Shown piece after piece: positions 1 to 9,558 of a stretch of DNA of 64,000 nucleotides. How positions within the stretch are numbered: position 1 is the stretch's first letter; each line of letters opens with the position of its first letter. Where the stretch lies: NCBI GenBank assembly GCA_029855935.1, contig JAGSHN010000005.1:32001-96000 (forward strand). Reading direction: 5' to 3'. The notes beneath the pieces were generated by a model. That model saw only the letters and a program-made list of their open reading frames with translations, was not told the DNA's origin and ran no database searches. The position numbers and the translations under genes are program-made. The stretch comes from Candidatus Thorarchaeota archaeon (GTDB taxonomy: Archaea; Asgardarchaeota; Thorarchaeia; Thorarchaeales; Thorarchaeaceae).

Positions 1-757
1 GCACGTCCACGGCTATGTGATCTTTGAGCCCTGTTGTGGAGATCTTCTTCTCAAGCACGGCTTGGACTTGGAACACGCCCGCAGGATTATCCATAGCGAC
101 TGTGATGAGCAGGGGTCTGTCCTTACCTGGCTCCAGTGTCACATTCTGAATCGCCATTGCGCTGACAGAATGTATGTCAACCTTTCCCTTTTGATACGGG
201 ATTATGGTGCGCCCCTTGGTCATATCGCATCCGTCGCCAATCTTCGTGACACCGGCCTCAAATGTGAGACATTGAGTGTCATCATCATGTGCGTATATGC
301 CGTGAAGTGCAAATGAGAGAATGTCCGTGGCCTTACTGGGGTCATCGTATATCTCGTTGAGTTTTGCATCGAGTATGGGAGCCGCGAGATGAACTGCAGC
401 CTGGGGATGCTCGTTCCGATGAATTACCATCCCGATGTCGTGTAGATACGTCGAGGCCAAGATTACCAACCTAGAGTCATCGATGTCGCCAATTCCCTCG
501 GCGACAACGTTGGGCCGAAATGTCTGCTCCAAGATCTCGAAGGCACGCAGTGCATTCCACGTTGCAACCTCTGCGTGAATGGGGCCGTGATCCGTATAGC
601 CCAGACGCGACACAGCCATCCTGTTTGCGGTCCGTAGATACGACTGCACCTTCGGGTGACTGCGGAGATACTCGTACATCTCCATCGCCTTGGAGCCCGG
701 CTCCAGCAAGTCGCGGACGCTGATTGCCTCTCGATTGAAAACGACTGTGTCATTCAT
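1..757 (-). CDS. HD-superfamily phosphohydrolase (runs off the window at position 1; not in the ORF track)
   Basis: Manual translation from ATG at 757: MNDTVVFNREAISVRDLL...RLGYTDHGPIHAEVA...YLHDIGMVIHRNEH...IYAHDDD...KIGDGCDMTKGR, giving H...HD...D motifs. GGTGA SD upstream. Confidence 0.85.
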   Translation of the reverse strand, partial: MNDTVVFNREAISVRDLLEPGSKAMEMYEYLRSHPKVQSYLRTANRMAVSRLGYTDHGPIHAEVATWNALRAFEILEQTFRPNVVAEGIGDIDDSRLVILASTYLHDIGMVIHRNEHPQAAVHLAAPILDAKLNEIYDDPSKATDILSFALHGIYAHDDDTQCLTFEAGVTKIGDGCDMTKGRTIIPYQKGKVDIHSVSAMAIQNVTLEPGKDRPLLITVAMDNPAGVFQVQAVLEKKISTTGLKDHIAVDV

Positions 758-902
758 TTACCCCATCACCTGTGGTGATACATAGAGAGAAATGGTCAGG
801 CACTACGTGAGCTGATAAGCATTACGCAATGGACGAACGAGAGTGCTACGGACTCGACGGTATCCGAGATAGAAAGGTGATGGCGGGACAGCCGATCTAC
901 GA

Positions 903-3851
903 CTATATCTCGCCCGCCTCTTCCTGCATAGAGAGGAGTATTCTGTCGGTGGCGGTCACGGCCTGCTTTATGGTCTTCAGGTATTCCTGGCGAGTCTTCT
1001 CAAAGGCAGCCCGGCTGATGCGCTGCTTCTTCTTCCGCAACAGGAGCTGACGCAGCCCAGCCTTTGCACCCTCCATTCTCTCCTCCTGCAGCTCAAGCTG
1101 GGCAATCATATCGCGATACCGTGAGCCGTATTGCATAAGCTCCTGCTTCAGCGAGGAGAGCTCGGACTCTATCTGCTGCAGCTGGCTCTTGATGTCGCGT
1201 TCGCGAACCATGAATTCGCGTTTGGACACCTTGCCTTTCCTCCGAGCCGACTCCAGCTTCTCCAGGTCAAGATTTAGTGCCGTCTTGCGAGAGTATGTCT
1301 TTGCAAACGAACTCAGGAGCTCGGGTGGTGCGCCCACCTGTGCGGCAACAGGGCCGCCCCTAGCTGCGGCCTCAGTAGTCACTTCAAGACGCGCCTTCCT
1401 TGCCACGACGTAGGCCGCTGCCACAAGTCCCACTATTGCAGAGAATATGAGTGGACGAGCAAAGACGCCAATTGTGACCTGATAGATGAGATAGCTCCGG
1501 GGGGGATTGTGGACAGTGGTGTTGAAGTAGCTATACCGGAAGATTGCATTGAATGGCCCACTGAGCAGTCTGTACTCGCCGGATATGTAGACCACGTTGA
1601 CACTCGTGGGAATGATTATGTCGACAGTGTGACTCCGGACGAGTAGCTCATCGAGAGTGGCCATCGGGAAATCAATCCTAAGGCCCCGGGGGACAACCTC
1701 CTGATACTCGGGCAGATAGATGTCGTATTCCACATTGAAGGTGTACTTGTAGTTCGGCCAGAAGCCCTTCTCACCGAATCGGTCGGCCTTGAGATTAATG
1801 CGCTGGTCGAAGGTGGCATTCCAGTCATAATCGTGAGGCATAGATGCTGCCAAGATTCCCACTTGATCGTAGATTCGGATGTTTGACGCATACGCTGGAA
1901 ACGTGAACGTGAGATCGTTCTCACGCGCGGGACCGATGTTGTCAACGTGTATTGTTTCTTTGTAGTGAAGCCAGCCCCATGGGTCCACAGTTATCTCCGT
2001 TGTCCGCGTGGCGGCAAGAAGTGGTGTGAACGACTTTATGACAATCTCGAAAGACTCTACTGTCATGGGAGCTATGTTCGTGTACACACCCTCTGGATTG
2101 GTACCTGAATGCAGGCTGTCGCCACTCCGAAATCCTATCGTGAATGACAGCCGGGAGATGACATATGGGACCACCGGATACTTCAGAAAGCGCATCTCGT
2201 AGAGGTTGTCATCGGAGTTGATGAGTGTGTGAGTCGAATGGAAGAACATTCGGACCGTGAATTCGTATGTTTCGCCAGGCTCGACTTGATCCAAGAAGTA
2301 GACGCGCCAGCGGTACATTCCGTTGTAGTCACCCACACGGACGACCTGTAGCGCTGCCTCACTCTCACTCTCGGCCTCTATGGACATGAAGTTTGACGTG
2401 TAGGGCTTTGGGAGAAACACGTCGAAAGCGCTGATTGGAACGGCGTCATCGTTTACGATTGTGAAAACGTCTTCAGACTTGACCGAGTGATACAACAGTG
2501 TGCTGACCGTTCGGGCCACCCTAAGAGTGATTCCAAGCAACGGCGTGTAGGGAATCTCGACGGTCACATTGATGAACATCACCGAGGTTGTGTTGGAGGG
2601 GTCTGTTGCATTGAACCAGAGCGTATGGGCCGTGCCCGACTCATAGTCAGACACGTCAAGCACGCCAGTCCACAGATCAGACTTGAAGTCGTACTCAAGC
2701 GGATTCCACGACTCGTTGTCAAATCGGAAAAAGGCCCGTCGCACCCATGAGTTGTCTGTGATGTTGATGCGGAGGTCCATAATCCAGTCAAGTGAGTCGC
2801 CATCCTTGGGACTCACAGGATTAATCCTAGGCGGCGTATTCGGCACGAGCCGAATCATCATCGGGCTCGACCAATCCGTATGACGCACGGGAAAGCCGTC
2901 GATGTCCTCATCAGCACCAATAAGTAAGACAAAGGGATAGTAGATGTTGTTGGCGCTGACAAGAGGAACGTCGTTGGTGTCCGTACTGTTCATCCGAATG
3001 AAGTACTCAATGCTGGTGGTAGCACCGTTGTCGCTAGCGTTTGCTGCCAGTATTCTGGTCGAGTCGTCATCAGGAAGGTGGTTGAACGTGCTGACACCGT
3101 GATCGTCACGATAGACAATTCTGCTGTAGTCAGCCGGGTTCTCCTCGCTGGACCCAATCTTGCGAAGTGTCACCACGTACTCAAGGTCCTTTCCGTAAAG
3201 CTCGTGGCCAGGGGAGTTGTAGGCCTCCTCCGCGGGGATTATGAAGTGTCTGACCTCGCCCACGCGCATGCCAATTATCGCCTCCTTGTAGGCGGTCAGC
3301 AGCTTTTCCTCATTGAGGGGTGTATCCCCGGTTCCGTCCGGGGCCATCCCCTCCTCCAGCAGAGTCCCGTTCCTGTCGTATAGACGATACTCGACCGCCA
3401 CGACCTCATTTCCGGTGACACGTGGAAATGCCTTATGAGGTGTTCCGGGAGCAAAGCCATAGACTAGGTCCGTGTTGTTCAGGCCATCGGTGGTATAGGT
3501 GCCATTGGGAGCCTTCCATCCTATGCCAACCCAACCCGAGGTGGGAGCCTCTAGGCCGACGAATAGAACGGATGAGTTGTGCTCCATATAGACTGTGACT
3601 CCCGTCGCAGGGTCTGTGAAGTTGAGGGCATACTCCTGCGGGTCGATTATCCCATCTGCATAGCCATAGTGCTGGTCGACAAATGGAGCCGAGATGTTGG
3701 GCAAAGAGGATGCCAGCACAGGCTGAGGGCTGTTTGACGACAGAGAAACCGGATGCGTACCGAGTGTACCGTCAGCTGGGAGAGAGCTCAGTCCAACCAA
3801 CAGTGTCAACAATGCCACGACAATGATTTGTCTATGCAGATGGTTCAACAC
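903..3851 (-). CDS. Secreted/type-I membrane protein: DOMON-like domain with inserted FKBP-type PPIase, Ig-like domain, ribophorin I (Ost1/RPN1)-like region, TM helix, cytoplasmic helical bundle
   Basis: N-terminal signal peptide. DOMON-like GWVGIGW...DLVYG. FKBP-like VAVEYRLYD..G...EAIIGMRVGE.RHFIIPAEEAY...LYGKDLEYVV. RPN1-like RTTEITVDPWGWLHYKETIHVDNIGP. TM LIFSAIVGLVAAAYVVA, then a coiled-coil tail. Many N-x-S/T sequons. Confidence 0.75.
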   Translation of the reverse strand: MLNHLHRQIIVVALLTLLVGLSSLPADGTLGTHPVSLSSNSPQPVLASSLPNISAPFVDQHYGYADGIIDPQEYALNFTDPATGVTVYMEHNSSVLFVGLEAPTSGWVGIGWKAPNGTYTTDGLNNTDLVYGFAPGTPHKAFPRVTGNEVVAVEYRLYDRNGTLLEEGMAPDGTGDTPLNEEKLLTAYKEAIIGMRVGEVRHFIIPAEEAYNSPGHELYGKDLEYVVTLRKIGSSEENPADYSRIVYRDDHGVSTFNHLPDDDSTRILAANASDNGATTSIEYFIRMNSTDTNDVPLVSANNIYYPFVLLIGADEDIDGFPVRHTDWSSPMMIRLVPNTPPRINPVSPKDGDSLDWIMDLRINITDNSWVRRAFFRFDNESWNPLEYDFKSDLWTGVLDVSDYESGTAHTLWFNATDPSNTTSVMFINVTVEIPYTPLLGITLRVARTVSTLLYHSVKSEDVFTIVNDDAVPISAFDVFLPKPYTSNFMSIEAESESEAALQVVRVGDYNGMYRWRVYFLDQVEPGETYEFTVRMFFHSTHTLINSDDNLYEMRFLKYPVVPYVISRLSFTIGFRSGDSLHSGTNPEGVYTNIAPMTVESFEIVIKSFTPLLAATRTTEITVDPWGWLHYKETIHVDNIGPARENDLTFTFPAYASNIRIYDQVGILAASMPHDYDWNATFDQRINLKADRFGEKGFWPNYKYTFNVEYDIYLPEYQEVVPRGLRIDFPMATLDELLVRSHTVDIIIPTSVNVVYISGEYRLLSGPFNAIFRYSYFNTTVHNPPRSYLIYQVTIGVFARPLIFSAIVGLVAAAYVVARKARLEVTTEAAARGGPVAAQVGAPPELLSSFAKTYSRKTALNLDLEKLESARRKGKVSKREFMVRERDIKSQLQQIESELSSLKQELMQYGSRYRDMIAQLELQEERMEGAKAGLRQLLLRKKKQRISRAAFEKTRQEYLKTIKQAVTATDRILLSMQEEAGEI

Positions 3852-4046
3852 AGTATCACCCTGCTGATATGGTCTTGGTATCTCGTGCAGAGCCTTTGCT
3901 ACACTGCAAACGCGGCGCCCCAGCAGTCGGGACAGTTAAAACAGTTTCGGACGTCAAAGCAGTGTACGAAGAAGAACAGGAGCGCCTCGCAGAGCCCAAA
4001 GCATAAAATATCGATGTGACAGCCGACTCATCCGGAGTGACGCCAC

Positions 4047-5078
4047 TTGTATCTGCTGCTACTCTCAGTCCTAATCGCCTTCGTGATAGTCATCGTCGTG
4101 ATGCCGAGCACTATCCGGCTTCTACAAGAGAGAGGCCAGATGGGCATTGATGTGCACAAGCCGGATCAACCCGAGGTCCCCAAGGGGGGCGGCTTTGTGG
4201 TGCTGTTCGCCATTGTGACCTCTCTGCTCCTCATCATAGGCGGCACCACATTCACAGATGGAGTTGCCAATCCAGCACTCCTCGCATCACTCGTTTCAAT
4301 TCTGATGGCTGGAATGATTGGTCTACTGGACGACAATCTGGACTTCAGGAATCGGACTAAGATTATCCTCCCCCTATTGGCCTCAATACCATTGGCAGCA
4401 GTACGCGCAGGCACTACAAAGATGGCCATTCCCCTCATAGGCGAGATCAACCTTGGCCTGATGTATCCACTTGTCATCGTGCCACTGATGATGACATTCA
4501 TTGTCGACTCCACGAACATGTACGGCGGCATGAATGGCCTTGAGGCGGGGCTCGCAGCCATCAATTCTTCAGCCATTGTCTTGTATGCGTTCCTGTGGCC
4601 CCTATTTACCGGCTCGACACAACCGCAGTCGACCATTGAGGCAGGCATCGTCGCAGGAGCGCTTATGGGGGCCTCTGTAGCGTTCTGGCTGTTCAACAGG
4701 TACCCGGCCAAGGTTCTGCCCGGCGACGTTGGAAGACTGCCAATGGGTGCGGCGATAGCAGCAGCTCTCATTCTCGGGAATATGGACAGGTTGGCAATAC
4801 TGCTCTACGTTCCCTTCGGCCTCAACTTTCTGTTGTACATAGTGTACCGACTCCATGTGAGGAGGACTGGCATGGAGTATGCGAAGTTTGCATCTCCAAG
4901 GGAGGACGGTACCCTTGAGGTTGTTGGACCATTCACGGTCTACTGGATAGTACCGTATCTGTGGAGAGTCACAGAGAAGAGGAATGTGGAGATTCTTCTG
5001 CTTGTCCAAGCAGTAATAGCGTATGGTACGGTGTTGATGTTGCTGCTGGGGTATCCCTTCGGCGTCGGCTGGATCTAG
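4047..5078 (+). CDS. aglH: UDP-GlcNAc:dolichol-phosphate GlcNAc-1-phosphotransferase (AglH/Alg7/GPT, MraY family)
   Basis: Polytopic. Motifs GIDVHK...VPKGGG, GLLDD, NMYGGMNGLE, FNRYPAKVLPGDVG. Confidence 0.85.
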   Translation: MYLLLLSVLIAFVIVIVVMPSTIRLLQERGQMGIDVHKPDQPEVPKGGGFVVLFAIVTSLLLIIGGTTFTDGVANPALLASLVSILMAGMIGLLDDNLDFRNRTKIILPLLASIPLAAVRAGTTKMAIPLIGEINLGLMYPLVIVPLMMTFIVDSTNMYGGMNGLEAGLAAINSSAIVLYAFLWPLFTGSTQPQSTIEAGIVAGALMGASVAFWLFNRYPAKVLPGDVGRLPMGAAIAAALILGNMDRLAILLYVPFGLNFLLYIVYRLHVRRTGMEYAKFASPREDGTLEVVGPFTVYWIVPYLWRVTEKRNVEILLLVQAVIAYGTVLMLLLGYPFGVGWI

Positions 5079-6127
5079 CCCAGCTTGTCAGCCAGATAGT
5101 GCTCCACCACAAAGTCCATGCCATACCTGCTGAAGGCCTGCTGCTCGGCCTTCTTGCGCAGGGACTTGAAGCCAGCAATATGATGCTGACATTCTGGAGA
5201 GCTGTATCGCACATCGTTAGACAGTTCGTCCAGCCGGCGGAGATCTGCATCATTTAGAGGCTCAGTGGGAAGAGTGTAGTCCCGGATATCGTCGGGAGTA
5301 ACACCAATCCAAGCGGCATCAGGTACTACGAGACCAGGGACATGTGCGGCGTTCGCACTACCAGAGATTATGACTCGTGCGATGTGCATCCCCCACGGAT
5401 CACCATCCGTGAAGATGTACACCGGCAGGTCTAGGGCATCATGCAGGAGACGAATCATACGACGGGTTGCACGTGGCGGCTGGCCCCCCAGATGGACGAG
5501 AATTGCTCTGAAACGCTTCCACGCCCCTGTCTCGATGAGGCGGGAGAACATGCCACCAGACTCAACTGCAAGAATGAGTTTCGCATCCGCTGAGATCGGC
5601 TCTGCGGTGACAAGTGCGGGTCCTATTGGGAAACCGTCCGGGCTGAGGGTAAGGTCGATGACCCTGCCCTCATATCCGGGCACTGTATACCTCATCTTGA
5701 CCGCCCCATAGATTGAGGACCTCTCTTCAGGAAATATGCCGAAGTCCTCGCGGGAGAAACCCGTGACACACTCAAGGTCGGCCACTGTACGGTCAGACTC
5801 GGCCTGATCCTTGAACCTTATTCCAAAGGCCTCGGCGGAGTAGTAGAGGTCCCTTAGCGAGCTTGTCCGCCCAGACACAAGAAGACGCTTCGCATACGAT
5901 GCCACCCAGACCAGCTGAGCGAAGCTGCGGATGTGCTTCAGGTTGCTCGAGTCCCTGACCACCTTCTTGGGGCCCATCACAAATTGGTGACGCTGCTCAT
6001 CAAAGACTATGTTTGTAGTTCCCCTGTCGGGAATCTCGAGTACTGGGAACTCGCCAGAGCGAATGCTCTCGACTATGCGATGGCCTATGCCACGAAGCAG
6101 ATGCAGGGGCTGGGCAGGGTCACTCAT
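5075..6127 (-). CDS. top6A: DNA topoisomerase VI subunit A
   Basis: RDLYY catalytic Tyr, toprim DGDPWG, KAEQQAF. Start taken at ATG 6127 (MSDP), overlapping the top6B end. Confidence 0.93.
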   Translation of the reverse strand: MSDPAQPLHLLRGIGHRIVESIRSGEFPVLEIPDRGTTNIVFDEQRHQFVMGPKKVVRDSSNLKHIRSFAQLVWVASYAKRLLVSGRTSSLRDLYYSAEAFGIRFKDQAESDRTVADLECVTGFSREDFGIFPEERSSIYGAVKMRYTVPGYEGRVIDLTLSPDGFPIGPALVTAEPISADAKLILAVESGGMFSRLIETGAWKRFRAILVHLGGQPPRATRRMIRLLHDALDLPVYIFTDGDPWGMHIARVIISGSANAAHVPGLVVPDAAWIGVTPDDIRDYTLPTEPLNDADLRRLDELSNDVRYSSPECQHHIAGFKSLRKKAEQQAFSRYGMDFVVEHYLADKLG

Positions 6128-7631
6128 CAATATCAACTCCAAACAGTGTCTGGACAAGGTGGCCCGTAGGGGGCACTGGAACATCCGCGAGCTCGGCACC
6201 GTATTTCACAACAAGGGAAAAGAAGCGCTTGAACTCCCTCAATCGCCGCGACTCACGAGCCGCACGTGCTCGAGATCCTGATAGTCTACCTAACTTGCGC
6301 CCCAGGTCCCTGTAGAGATGCTGAACCTCTGTCTCTATCTCAGGAATGGTGTCTATCGACTGTTTTCCTGCTGCCCGGTAGGGAATTCTCGTTGAACATA
6401 CGTGGACGAGGATCACAGGAGTGCCGAGATCCATTATGCCGTATCTTGACCAGTTCGTTTCACGGAGGCCCTTGGTGAGTACACAGCCACTGGCATCATA
6501 GAGCAAAGGTACTCTGTTGGCAAATCTGTAGAGGATTGGGAAACTGCCAGATGTGTTGCGAAACCCCCTCGCGACACAGAGGACCGCCTCGATCAATAGC
6601 GGGTTGCCATTCCACTCTGTGGGGCCCCTCACGGCATATGCGGCAATGTCACACTCAAAGAGAGAACGAACTGCAGTCAGCATCGGTTCCTTTCCTACAG
6701 GGCTGAGGCAGTCTGAGGACGGTTTCTGAATGCCCTGAAAGGAACGCAGCGCGGAGCTCAGGGTAAGAATGTCATCACGGTCCAGTTCCGCTGTCTTCCT
6801 ATTCGGGTCGATGTTTGCAAATCTCAGTAGTCGGCTGGCTGTTCTCGTACCCAGCTGTTGAAACGAACTGACGAGGAACTCCCTGACCCGGATGCCGGGA
6901 CTCGCGGATATCATACGACGCAATAGTTCCACATCAGCAGCTCGAGGGTGCGGCCGACAGACTCGTGACCGTCTTGGGAGTTCGCGCGTGTGTGGACCGA
7001 CACGAATGTGACTATCATCAATTGAGAGGGAGAACAGAACGTGCGGAGATACTATGGTACTCAGGCGCACATAGTCCAGTATACGTTCCTGGGAGCGCGC
7101 GAGATTGCCTCTCAGACGGATTGTCACTGTCGTCCCGGGACCTTCGCGCTCGCCCTCGCTCTCACTGACCACTACGGGCCTGTTCTTCTGTACGTCAATC
7201 AGTATCTCAAATCGCTTGGCCGGCTGTTCGCCACACTTGGTCTCCACCATGACTGGGGAATCTGTCGTAATCTGACCGTACAGAACAGCCATAGTGACAC
7301 CAAGGCCAAAGGTACCTCGTTGCTGACACATAGCGAACTTGCTGCCAAAGAGAACCCGACCGAATGCCTCGGGAACATGCTCATATGAAACCCCTGATCC
7401 ATTGTCTGTCACCGAAACTTCGTAGGTCTTAGGGGCCACTGTGCGGACCCTGATGTCGACTACCGGATTGACACCAGCGAGGTCACATGCATCGAGACTG
7501 TTCTCGACGAGTTCACGAACTGTTGAGAACAGGGCTTGTGCAGGATTGCCAAAGCCCGCCATCTGTCTGTTTCTGTAGAAGAATTCTGCTGGCGAGATAC
7601 TCCCGAATGAGTCATCTGGTAACGAGTCCAT
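6120..7631 (-). CDS. top6B: DNA topoisomerase VI subunit B
   Basis: SPAEFFYRN, ELVENSLDAC, DNGSG, QRGTFGLG, RFANRVPLLY. Confidence 0.95.
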   Translation of the reverse strand: MDSLPDDSFGSISPAEFFYRNRQMAGFGNPAQALFSTVRELVENSLDACDLAGVNPVVDIRVRTVAPKTYEVSVTDNGSGVSYEHVPEAFGRVLFGSKFAMCQQRGTFGLGVTMAVLYGQITTDSPVMVETKCGEQPAKRFEILIDVQKNRPVVVSESEGEREGPGTTVTIRLRGNLARSQERILDYVRLSTIVSPHVLFSLSIDDSHIRVGPHTRELPRRSRVCRPHPRAADVELLRRMISASPGIRVREFLVSSFQQLGTRTASRLLRFANIDPNRKTAELDRDDILTLSSALRSFQGIQKPSSDCLSPVGKEPMLTAVRSLFECDIAAYAVRGPTEWNGNPLLIEAVLCVARGFRNTSGSFPILYRFANRVPLLYDASGCVLTKGLRETNWSRYGIMDLGTPVILVHVCSTRIPYRAAGKQSIDTIPEIETEVQHLYRDLGRKLGRLSGSRARAARESRRLREFKRFFSLVVKYGAELADVPVPPTGHLVQTLFGVDIDE

Positions 7632-7714
7632 GACCGCTCCGAATGTTCCTAGTGGCAGTCTATATTAGAGAGGGGGTATTACGTTGGGGATCACAGGTCG
7701 GAGTTTCACCTATC

Positions 7715-8284
7715 TCAGGGTGTTGGTTCCCACAGGTCCGCCTTAAGACGATTAATCTCTCTACGCATTCGTTCCAAGTATCTGTACACTGCACTGTGGG
7801 GCGCACCATCAATGAGCATGTTCACCGCACGTGTTGCGTACTCAAGGCCAGGGTCAGCGCCAATCAATGCGACGGTCCGCCCATAGACCGACATCTTGGT
7901 CTCTGTGGTCTGTTCAATCACCCTCCGAGTCCGACCGTGCTCTCCTATTATGCGGCCAGCGACCCTACGTATCTGGGAAGGCGAGGTCCCAACAAACTCG
8001 CGCAGGGAGATTATCACAAGGCGCATGTCGTCATCGATAAGCGTGAGGGCGTTCTTCGGACTGAAGCCGCGCGCCATCGCTCTGACCATATCTCGTGCCT
8101 TCCAAATCAGCACGGGGTCCCTGGGATCAGGCGGGCAGCTGATTGTAACGACTCCATCCCTGCTCACAGTCACGTGCGAGTGCGTCAACTCCTCAATCCG
8201 GCGCTTGACACGTCCATTGCGGCCGACAATCACGCCCACTCTCTCGGCGGGCACACGAACAGTTTCTTGTATCAGCATAATCAT
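7715..8284 (-). CDS. dim2: KH-domain rRNA-processing protein Dim2/Pno1
   Basis: Two KH GxxG motifs (VGRNG, IGEHG), ARGFSP, and position next to RIO1. Confidence 0.9.
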   Translation of the reverse strand: MIMLIQETVRVPAERVGVIVGRNGRVKRRIEELTHSHVTVSRDGVVTISCPPDPRDPVLIWKARDMVRAMARGFSPKNALTLIDDDMRLVIISLREFVGTSPSQIRRVAGRIIGEHGRTRRVIEQTTETKMSVYGRTVALIGADPGLEYATRAVNMLIDGAPHSAVYRYLERMRREINRLKADLWEPTP

Positions 8285-9126
8285 CCTTCACCTGAGAGAA
8301 TGTATTCAAGTATTACCTCAGGATCCTCTGTTTCAACACCTAGTCTTCGGAAATATCGTGTAATGTTTTGAATGTCACGATATAGATACTCGCGTGCGTT
8401 GCTATGGACCATGAGCACTGACTGGGACACGTCGATGAAGACTGGCTCATCGAACCAGAGGATGTTGTACTCGCTCAGGTCTGCGTGGACGAGCTGGGCT
8501 TTTCGCACTCCACGCTCTATCATCTCAATCACTCTGTTGAACACGTCGACAGAGTCTTCGAGATGAACATCCTTCAAGAGCGGCGCGGGAATCCCCTCCT
8601 CCGCATCACCAATGAACTCCATGACGACCACATTGCGCTCTATCGCGATGGGCTTGGGAACACGCACACCCGCCTCAGAATATCGAACCAGATTCTTGAA
8701 CTCCTTCATTGCCCAGACGGGGATCAGAGCGCGTTTCTTGCGTTTCACACGTCGGAACCGTGGATCGCCCTCGATATACTCCATCATGTAGTCAGACTCT
8801 GCTGTAGTGACTCGATAGATCTTGACCGCTATGGAGCGTCCATCAGGATTGATGCCCCGATACACATTCGCCTCCTTTCCCGTGCTGATGGCACCGAAGA
8901 GCGAACTTATGATTCCGCGATTCAGAAGCCTGTACAGGGCCTTCATTGTGGCAGAGTCGAGCACACCCTCTACTACCTTGAACTCATCAGAGTCGCGACG
9001 ACGAAACCTGCGCCGTTCCAGCTCGTCCTGTATTCTCTTCCACTTGCTCTGAATACGAGTCAAATAGTGTTCCACCACTGCCCTTGTGAACGTGTTGTAG
9101 GCGGATCGAACCATAGATATGAACAA
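8281..9126 (-). CDS. rio1: RIO1 serine kinase
   Basis: STGKEANVY, AVKIY, LVHADLSEYNIL, IDVSQSV. Exact start uncertain. Confidence 0.93.
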   Translation of the reverse strand: MFISMVRSAYNTFTRAVVEHYLTRIQSKWKRIQDELERRRFRRRDSDEFKVVEGVLDSATMKALYRLLNRGIISSLFGAISTGKEANVYRGINPDGRSIAVKIYRVTTAESDYMMEYIEGDPRFRRVKRKKRALIPVWAMKEFKNLVRYSEAGVRVPKPIAIERNVVVMEFIGDAEEGIPAPLLKDVHLEDSVDVFNRVIEMIERGVRKAQLVHADLSEYNILWFDEPVFIDVSQSVLMVHSNAREYLYRDIQNITRYFRRLGVETEDPEVILEYILSGEG

Positions 9127-9145
9127 AGAAAAAAGATACGGCAGG

Positions 9146-9472
9146 TCAGAACATCTTCAGGATTCCACGGCGCTTCAGCCACTCAAGCTCGTTGTTGCGA
9201 TAACGCCAGACAACATCGCACTTGGCGTCACTCTGAAAGTCCCACGGGACAATCAGAACGGTGTCGCCAATTCGCATCCACACTCTCTTCTTCATTCGAC
9301 CTGGAATTCGGCCGACACGGATCTCTCCATCCTCACAACGTACCCGCACCCGGTCATGACCGAGCATCTGCACTATGACTCCGAACATCTCCCCCTCGTC
9401 GCGATTGGGGACACGCACTCGGACGAGCTCTCCGTCAGTCTGATCCGGCTTGGACTGTTTGCCTTTGGCCAA
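9146..9472 (-). CDS. eif1a: Translation initiation factor aIF-1A
   Basis: RVRCEDGEIRVGRIPGRMKKRVW...IVPWDFQ...VVWRY. TTG start at 9472 with GGAGG SD. Confidence 0.95.
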   Translation of the reverse strand: MAKGKQSKPDQTDGELVRVRVPNRDEGEMFGVIVQMLGHDRVRVRCEDGEIRVGRIPGRMKKRVWMRIGDTVLIVPWDFQSDAKCDVVWRYRNNELEWLKRRGILKMF

Positions 9473-9558
9473 AATTATCCTCCACTTACATTTTGTTCGA
9501 GGTGCACTTGTTGAGAAACTGCTGGTGCTGGGCATTTAAGCGTACCGAAAGAACGGCG

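Noticed and set aside
17-753. ORF-track entries 17..316, 463..753 and 520..723
   Set aside because: Shadow frames of the HD-hydrolase gene on the minus strand (757 to beyond position 1).
7643-9378. Long plus-strand ORFs of 242 and 297 aa
   Set aside because: Antisense to dim2, rio1 and aIF-1A with no motifs. The same applies to other antisense ORFs such as 26631..27551 and 51449..52105.
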